From positions 1 to 48,970 of the forward strand of contig VBEW01000077.1 in NCBI GenBank assembly GCA_005889225.1: a stretch of 48,970 nt of DNA, written 5' to 3'. Under the pieces are notes generated by a model. It saw nothing but the letters and a program-made list of their open reading frames with translations. It did no database searches and was not told the origin of the DNA. Position numbers and translations under genes: made by a program. Shown here one piece after another: positions 43,099 through 48,970 of the stretch. Origin of the DNA: Chloroflexota bacterium. Its GTDB lineage: Bacteria; Chloroflexota; Dormibacteria; CF-121. The number at the start of each line of letters is the position of its first letter. The first letter of the stretch is position 1.

Positions 43099-46000
43099 GT
43101 CAATGGTCCTGCTGCTGGAGGACGGATTCGTGCTCGTTGGCGAGCGCGGCGGCCGGGCAACGCACGCGAGCGGCGAGGTGGTCATCAATACCTGCATGAC
43201 CGGATACCAGGAGGTCCTGTCGGACCCGTCGTATGCCGGCCAGATGGTGGTCATGACCTATCCACTGGTGGGCAATTACGGCGCCTCAGTGGACTTCCAG
43301 GAATCGGCGCGGCCCTGGGCTCGGGCGCTGGTCACCCGGCAAGTCAGCCGCTTCGAAGAGCACTGGCGTAGCCATCAGTCATTGGTCGACTGGTTGGACG
43401 GCTTCGGCATCCCGATTCTGACGGGTTGCGATACGCGCCGGCTGGCGCGGCATCTCCGAGCAACCGGTGCTCAACGCGCGGTCATCGGACCGGGTCAGGA
43501 ACTCGCATCGCTTCGGGAACGGGTCCAGCGGGTGCCATCGCTCGAAGAACAGGACCTGGTGCGCCAGGTGTCGGAAGGGTTCAGCGATGTGGTCGAGCCT
43601 CTCGACCCTGCGCTTTGCTCACCCTCGTCGTTCCAGACAGGTCAGGGTGGCGGCTTGCGCCAGTGGCCCGGGCTGCGTGTAGTGGTCATCGATTACGGGG
43701 TCAAACGCAATACCCTGCGGTCGCTGCGTTCCCGGGGGGTCGAGGTCGAGGTGCTGCCCCACGACAGCGACCTGCGGGCCGTCCTCGAGCACAGCCCGGA
43801 TGCGGTGGTGCTTTCGAATGGACCCGGTGATCCAGCGCAACTTCAGCCCGCGGTGGCGATGACCCGGGCGCTCATGCAGCGCTTGCCCGTGCTCGGCATC
43901 TGTCTGGGGCATCAGCTGATCGGCCAGGCGGCCGGCGCCCGTACCTCGCGACTCCCGTTCGGCCACCACGGTGGGAACCACCCGGTGATGGACCTGCGCA
44001 CGAGTCGGGTGACCATGACCTCCCAGAACCATGAGTTCCAGGTCGACGGCGAGAGCCTGCCGCGCGACAGCGGCTTCGTCGTCAGTCATCGAAACCTGCA
44101 CGATGGATCGGTCGAGGGACTGACCCACGGGCGCCTCCCCGTCCGCTCGGTGCAGTTTCATCCGGAAGGCGGTCCCGGCCCGCAGGACACCCAGGTGATC
44201 TTCGACGACTTCCTCGACCTGGTCGTTGGCCGGCCGGCGCCGATCGCTCACATTCTTTCCCGACCCGCACGTCCCAACACCGTGCTGGTGATCGGGTCCG
44301 GACCGATCGTGATCGGCCAGGCTGCCGAGTTCGACTATGCCGGGACGCAGGCCTGCAAGGCGCTGCGCGAGGAGGGTGTGCGCACGGTGCTGGTCAACTC
44401 GAACCCGGCGACCATCATGACCGACGAGGGCGTGGCTGACCGGGTGTACATCGAGCCGCTGACGCTCGAAGCGGTGACCGCCATTATCGAACGCGAGCGG
44501 CCCGACGGCCTGCTGGCCACCCTCGGTGGGCAGACCGGTCTCAACCTGGCGGTCGCCCTTGCCGACGCCGGCGTGCTGGAGCGCTGCCAGGTTCGCGTGC
44601 TCGGCACGCCGCTGGCGGCGATCCGGGAAGCCGAAGACCGGGAGGCCTTCAAAAACGTCCTGCTCCGAATCGGTGAGCCGGCGCCGGAGAGCCGGACCGT
44701 CAATACCGTCGACGCGGCACAGGATTTCGCCGCCGCGATCGGCTTTCCACTGGTTGTTCGCCCTGCCTACACCCTGGGCGGCACCGGGGGTGGCATGGCC
44801 GGGAGTCCCCTGGAGCTCGAGGCCGTGGTTCGTGAAGGGCTCGCCGCCAGCCCGATCCGCCAGGTCCTGGTCGAGCGCGCGGTGATCGGGTGGAAGGAAA
44901 TCGAGTACGAGGTGATGCGGGACGCCAACGATACCTGCATTGCCGTCTGCAACATGGAGAACATCGACGCGATGGGCGTCCACACTGGCGACAGCATCGT
45001 GGTCGCGCCCAGCCAGACCCTGTCGGACCGGCAGTATCAGATGTTGCGCTCGGCCGCCCTGCGGATCATCCGCGCGCTTCGCATCGAGGGTGGCTGCAAT
45101 GTGCAGTTCGCGCTCGATCCCGCCTCCGATCAGTACTACGTCATCGAGGTCAACCCGCGAGTAAGCCGGTCATCGGCGCTGGCCTCCAAGGCGACCGGCT
45201 ATCCGATCGCTCGGGTGGCCGCCAAGATCGCGGCCGGCCGGTTTCTCCATGAAATCCCCAACGCCGTGACGGGAAAGACCACCGCCGCCTTCGAGCCGGC
45301 CCTGGACTACTGCGTGGTCAAGATTCCGCGCTGGCCCTTCGACAAATTTCCGGCCGCCGATCGGACGCTGGGTACTCAGATGAAATCGACCGGCGAGGTG
45401 ATGGCCATCGAGCGCACCTTCGAGGCCGCCCTCAACAAGGCGCTTCGCGCGCTCGAGCAGCGGCTACCCGATGCCGCCCAGCTTCGCGGTCGGCCGGACC
45501 TTCTGCATCAGCCCAATGACCGCCGCCTGATGGCGGTCCTCCAGTCCCTGCGCGATGGTGCGTCGGAGGGCGAGATCTGCTCCGCGACCGGCTACGCGCC
45601 CTGGTTTGTCGATCGCCTGGCCTCTATCACCGGGCTGGAAGCGGAGCTGTCCAAGGGCTTACCTGACCAGGATGTCGTCCTCCGCGCCAAGCGCTGTGGC
45701 TTTGACGATGGTCGGATCGCCGAGCTGAGCGGCGGCCGCCTCCCGGTGCTGGCGATCGAGCCGACCTTCCGCCAGGTTGATACCTGCGCCGCTGAGTTCG
45801 AAGCGGTCACGCCCTACTACTACGCGACCTACGAGGACGAGGACGAGATCATCCGGAGCGGAAACACCGCCGTTGCGGTGATCGGTTCCGGGCCGATCCG
45901 GATCGGCCAGGGCATCGAGTTCGACTACTGCAGCGTCCACGCCTCGGCGGCGCTGCAAGCCGCCGGCTTCGACAGCGTGCTCATCAATAGCAATCCTGAA

Positions 46001-47467
46001 ACAGTGAGTACCGATTTCGACGCCTCGACCCGACTCTACTTCGAGCCCCTCGACCTCGAGGGTGTCCGCAACGTCCTGCAACGGGACCCGGTGCTTGGCG
46101 TCGTGGTCCAGTTCGGCGGTCAAACCGGCCTGAACCTGGCGGATGCCTTGGCCGGCGGCGGTGTGCGCATCCTGGGGTCATCGGTCGATACGATCGACCT
46201 CGCTGAGGACCGCCGCCGCTGCGAGGGGCTGCTCCGTGACAATGGAATCCCGCAGTCTCCGGGCGGTTCGGCCACCACCGCCGCCGCCGCCCTGACGATC
46301 GCGCGCCGAGTCGGATATCCCGTGCTGGTGCGGCCGTCGTACGTCCTGGGCGGTCGCGGCATGGAGATCGTCCATTCGGCTGAGGATCTGCGCCGCTACG
46401 TCGACGCCGCCATCGCGTTTGGCGTTCGCGGCCCGATCCTGATCGACAAATATTTGTTGGGCCGCGAGCTCGACGTCGATGCCGTCTGCGATGGCGATGA
46501 AGTGTTGATACCAGGTATCCTGGAGCACATCGAGCGCGCCGGCGTCCACTCCGGAGACTCGTTCGCGGTTTACCCACCGATCACACTGAGCTCCGAAGAG
46601 ACGCAGCGTGTGGTCGAGACGACACGGCTCATCGCCCGACTGGTCAAGGCGGTTGGGCTGATCAACATCCAGTTTGTACTTCAGGAAGGCATTCCCTACG
46701 TACTCGAGGTCAATCCCCGGGCCAGCCGCACGGTGCCATTCCTCAGCAAAGTGACCGGTGTGCCGATGGTGACGCTGGCCACCAATGCGGCGCTCGGCCA
46801 TTCGCTGGCGGCGCAGGGATTCCGCGGCGGTCTTCAGCCCAACCGGCCCCTGTTCGCCGTGAAGGCGCCCGTCTTCTCCATGGCGAAGCTACCCGCGGTC
46901 GACGCCGTACTTGGTCCGGAGATGAAGTCGACGGGGGAGGCGATGGGCATCGCGCAAGACCTGGCGACGGCGCAGTACAAGGCGTTCCTTTCGACCATGC
47001 AGGAGCTGCCACCCGATGGGGCCGCTCTCTGCTCGATTGCCGACGCGGACAAGCCGGAAGCGCTGCCCATACTGCGCGCGCTCCATGCGCTCGGCCTCAC
47101 GCTCTACGCGACCGATGGCACCGCGCGTCTGCTGCGCGAGTCCGGTATCCCGGCGACCATCGTGCAGAAACTGCGGGACGGCCATCCAAACGTGGTCGAC
47201 GTGATTCGGGCTGGAGAGGTTCAGCTGGTCGTCAACACGATGTCCGCGGGGGGGCCGCTCGGCGACAACGGCGCCGGGGTGCCACTTCGCGACGGCTATG
47301 AAATTCGACGGGCATCCGTTGAGCGTCGTATTCCCTGCCTGACGTCGCTGGACACCGCCCGCGCCCTGGTACAGGCATTGCGCGCCTGGCGGCGCGAGCA
47401 TCGGTCCCAGGTTGCCCCGCTCGGCGAATATGTCGGGTCGACCGTGTCCCCGGGAGTGCGCGCGTGA
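43091..47467 (+). CDS. carAB: carbamoyl-phosphate synthase, small (CarA) and large (CarB) subunits fused in one 1458-aa ORF
   Basis: Residues 1-~378 are CarA ([40 protein letters not shown]). From ~396 it is CarB ([32 protein letters not shown], a second ATP-grasp half, and the MGS-like tail [11 protein letters not shown]). There is no stop at the junction (nt ~44225-44281). Confidence 0.9.
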   Translation: MPESMVLLLEDGFVLVGERGGRATHASGEVVINTCMTGYQEVLSDPSYAGQMVVMTYPLVGNYGASVDFQESARPWARALVTRQVSRFEEHWRSHQSLVDWLDGFGIPILTGCDTRRLARHLRATGAQRAVIGPGQELASLRERVQRVPSLEEQDLVRQVSEGFSDVVEPLDPALCSPSSFQTGQGGGLRQWPGLRVVVIDYGVKRNTLRSLRSRGVEVEVLPHDSDLRAVLEHSPDAVVLSNGPGDPAQLQPAVAMTRALMQRLPVLGICLGHQLIGQAAGARTSRLPFGHHGGNHPVMDLRTSRVTMTSQNHEFQVDGESLPRDSGFVVSHRNLHDGSVEGLTHGRLPVRSVQFHPEGGPGPQDTQVIFDDFLDLVVGRPAPIAHILSRPARPNTVLVIGSGPIVIGQAAEFDYAGTQACKALREEGVRTVLVNSNPATIMTDEGVADRVYIEPLTLEAVTAIIERERPDGLLATLGGQTGLNLAVALADAGVLERCQVRVLGTPLAAIREAEDREAFKNVLLRIGEPAPESRTVNTVDAAQDFAAAIGFPLVVRPAYTLGGTGGGMAGSPLELEAVVREGLAASPIRQVLVERAVIGWKEIEYEVMRDANDTCIAVCNMENIDAMGVHTGDSIVVAPSQTLSDRQYQMLRSAALRIIRALRIEGGCNVQFALDPASDQYYVIEVNPRVSRSSALASKATGYPIARVAAKIAAGRFLHEIPNAVTGKTTAAFEPALDYCVVKIPRWPFDKFPAADRTLGTQMKSTGEVMAIERTFEAALNKALRALEQRLPDAAQLRGRPDLLHQPNDRRLMAVLQSLRDGASEGEICSATGYAPWFVDRLASITGLEAELSKGLPDQDVVLRAKRCGFDDGRIAELSGGRLPVLAIEPTFRQVDTCAAEFEAVTPYYYATYEDEDEIIRSGNTAVAVIGSGPIRIGQGIEFDYCSVHASAALQAAGFDSVLINSNPETVSTDFDASTRLYFEPLDLEGVRNVLQRDPVLGVVVQFGGQTGLNLADALAGGGVRILGSSVDTIDLAEDRRRCEGLLRDNGIPQSPGGSATTAAAALTIARRVGYPVLVRPSYVLGGRGMEIVHSAEDLRRYVDAAIAFGVRGPILIDKYLLGRELDVDAVCDGDEVLIPGILEHIERAGVHSGDSFAVYPPITLSSEETQRVVETTRLIARLVKAVGLINIQFVLQEGIPYVLEVNPRASRTVPFLSKVTGVPMVTLATNAALGHSLAAQGFRGGLQPNRPLFAVKAPVFSMAKLPAVDAVLGPEMKSTGEAMGIAQDLATAQYKAFLSTMQELPPDGAALCSIADADKPEALPILRALHALGLTLYATDGTARLLRESGIPATIVQKLRDGHPNVVDVIRAGEVQLVVNTMSAGGPLGDNGAGVPLRDGYEIRRASVERRIPCLTSLDTARALVQALRAWRREHRSQVAPLGEYVGSTVSPGVRA

Positions 47468-48261
47468 GCCTGGCCCTTAAGCCGGCGGTGGTGGTGGAGC
47501 GCTCGACGCCGATGACCGGCGCCATTGAACTCGTGGTTCATCACCCGCCATCCGCGGTCGCCGTGAATCCGGGGCAGTTTTTCCAGCTGGCGGTTGCAGC
47601 GCCACAGACCATCTTGCGCCGCCCCTACAGCGCGGCCTGGACGGATCCCGACAGTGGTCGGATCGGGTTTATCTTCAATGTCGTGGGGGCAGGCAGCGGT
47701 TGGCTTGCGGTGCGCCATGAAGGCCATGAGCTCGACCTGCTGGGCCCGCTCGGTCGAGGTTTCGACCTCGATGGCACCGAACCCGCGATTATCGTCGCCG
47801 GCGGACTCGGCGTCGCCGTTTTTCCCGGTGTGGTGCGGACGCTGGTTGGGCGCGGACGGCAGGTTACCGTGCTGCTGGGCGCGCGGACGTCCGCGCAACT
47901 CTTGCCCGTCGACCGTTTCCCGGGTGCCGAGGTCAGGAAGGCCACGGATGACGGCAGCGCCGGCCATCGCGGCTCGGTCGTCGACCTGTTTGGATCGACG
48001 CGGGGAGGGGCTGTAGAAGTTTTCGCCTGCGGTCCCACGCCGATGTTGCAAGCTCTGATCGAAACGGCCCGGCGGCTCGACGTGCCGTTGGAATCGATCC
48101 AGGTTTCGCTGGAGACTCCCATGGGGTGCGGCGTCGGCACCTGCCTCGGCTGTGCGGTCCCTCGACCAGGCGCCGGCTACTTGCTCACCTGCCTCGACGG
48201 GCCTTGCGTGCATGCCGATCGGATCGAGTGGAACCGGATGACGGACGCGTTTCATGGCTGA
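47464..48261 (+). CDS. pyrK: dihydroorotate dehydrogenase (class 1B) electron-transfer subunit
   Basis: FAD motif RRPYS, an NAD-type GGLGVA and a C-terminal 2Fe-2S cluster [11 protein letters not shown]...C. GTGA overlap with carAB. Confidence 0.88.
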   Translation: MSLALKPAVVVERSTPMTGAIELVVHHPPSAVAVNPGQFFQLAVAAPQTILRRPYSAAWTDPDSGRIGFIFNVVGAGSGWLAVRHEGHELDLLGPLGRGFDLDGTEPAIIVAGGLGVAVFPGVVRTLVGRGRQVTVLLGARTSAQLLPVDRFPGAEVRKATDDGSAGHRGSVVDLFGSTRGGAVEVFACGPTPMLQALIETARRLDVPLESIQVSLETPMGCGVGTCLGCAVPRPGAGYLLTCLDGPCVHADRIEWNRMTDAFHG

Positions 48262-48970
48262 ACAGCTGGACCTCAGCGTCGACCTCGGGCGCGGGCTGCG
48301 CTTGCGCAGCCCGGTGATGGTCGCCTCCGGTACCTTCGGCTACGGTTTCGATGCCCCACTGGTGGATCGCACCGCGCTCGGGGCGATCGTGACAAAGGGA
48401 ACGACTCCGCGGGCGCGCGAGGGGAACGCTCCGACCCGGATTGCCGAAACGCCATCGGGCATGCTGAATGCCATCGGGCTGCAAAACCCGGGCGTCGACC
48501 ATGTGGCCCGTGTCTACGCGCCGATGTGGGCGGCCTGGGATGTCCCGGTCATCGTTAACGTCGCCGGTGACGCGGTTGACGACTACGTTGCCGTGGCCCG
48601 CCGCCTCGACGGGGTCGCAGGGGTGGCTGGACTGGAGCTCAACATCTCCTGTCCGAACATCGCCAACGGCCTGCAGTTCGGGCTTGACCCGCGGCCGGCG
48701 GCGCACCTGACCACGGCCGTGCGGGCTGTCACCCGGCTGCCGTTACTGGTCAAGCTGACGCCGAACGTGACCGACATCGTCGCGGTCGGCCGCGCGGTCG
48801 AAGAGGCCGGCGCCGATGCCGTGTCCGCCATCAATACCTACGTCGGAATGGCGATTGATGTTCGTCATCGTCGGCCAGTATTGTCCCGGGGAAGCGGCGG
48901 ACTCAGCGGACCCGCCATCAAGCCACTCGCGCTGCATGCGGTGTGGCAGTTATCTGGTGCACTGAGCATT
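48254..48970 (+). CDS. pyrD: dihydroorotate dehydrogenase (class 1B) catalytic subunit, N-terminal ~239 codons (runs off the 3' edge)
   Basis: My own translation from the ATG at 48254 reads [31 protein letters not shown]...GMLNAIGLQNPG...LELNISCPN...LLVKLTPNV...GGLSGPAIKP with no stop up to the window end. It overlaps the pyrK stop by 8 nt and is absent from the ORF track because it is open-ended. Confidence 0.9.
   Translation, partial: MAEQLDLSVDLGRGLRLRSPVMVASGTFGYGFDAPLVDRTALGAIVTKGTTPRAREGNAPTRIAETPSGMLNAIGLQNPGVDHVARVYAPMWAAWDVPVIVNVAGDAVDDYVAVARRLDGVAGVAGLELNISCPNIANGLQFGLDPRPAAHLTTAVRAVTRLPLLVKLTPNVTDIVAVGRAVEEAGADAVSAINTYVGMAIDVRHRRPVLSRGSGGLSGPAIKPLALHAVWQLSGALSI

Noticed and set aside
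43619-44983. 454-aa minus-strand ORF antisense to carAB (also 45659-46123, 45984-46577, 46178-46801 and 47296-48255)
   Set aside because: All are antisense shadows of carAB/pyrK with low-complexity Arg/Gly/Pro-rich products. The sense frames carry full-length conserved enzymes.

Overview
GC-rich (by eye about two-thirds G+C, not computed), densely coding bacterial chromosomal window with about 45 CDS. I found no rRNA or tRNA genes, no CRISPR array, no transposase or integrase genes, and no recognisable defence or toxin-antitoxin genes. All family calls rest on motifs read from the supplied translations; no database or HMM search was possible.

Most of the window is core nucleotide metabolism:
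- guaB3-guaA-purD-purE (12.2-16.8 kb).
- purB-purC-purS-purQ-purL-purF-purM-purN-purH (23.2-33.1 kb).
- pyrB-pyrR-pyrC-carAB-pyrK-pyrD (40.5 kb to the 3' edge).

Two modules sit between the two pur blocks. One is a two-subunit biotin carboxylase system (pycB/pycA-like). The other, convergent with it, is an ECF sigma factor paired with a 756-aa anti-sigma-like protein.

Other content includes the infA 3' end, glutamate dehydrogenase, a YbaK-like deacylase, threonine aldolase, two DUF881 paralogues and recJ. There is also a lone cbiA-like amidotransferase, a DnaJ-class protein, DUF2905 and a glutaredoxin-like protein.

The only accessory-looking locus is at 0.5-7.8 kb. It is a tight minus-strand operon of TadE-like, TadE-like and TadG-like genes, a 180-aa tandem-repeat protein, a UPF0104 membrane protein and an SDR epimerase. 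It faces a secreted M23 peptidase, and no Tad machinery is present in the window.

Observations most worth a second look:
1. A single 1458-codon ORF fuses CarA and CarB.
2. The orphan pseudopilin operon.
3. A clear FMN riboswitch precedes a DMT/EamA transporter and an LLM oxidoreductase.
4. A PyrR-type hairpin buries the pyrB Shine-Dalgarno.
5. A probable leaderless pycB transcript.
6. The ECF sigma / beta-propeller anti-sigma pair.

The split FGAM synthase, PyrR, class 1B DHODH, GuaB3 and DUF881 suggest a Terrabacteria-type (Chloroflexota/Actinomycetota-like) host, but I cannot be more specific. I do not see a clearly novel multi-gene system; the pseudopilin operon and the CarAB fusion are the best candidates.
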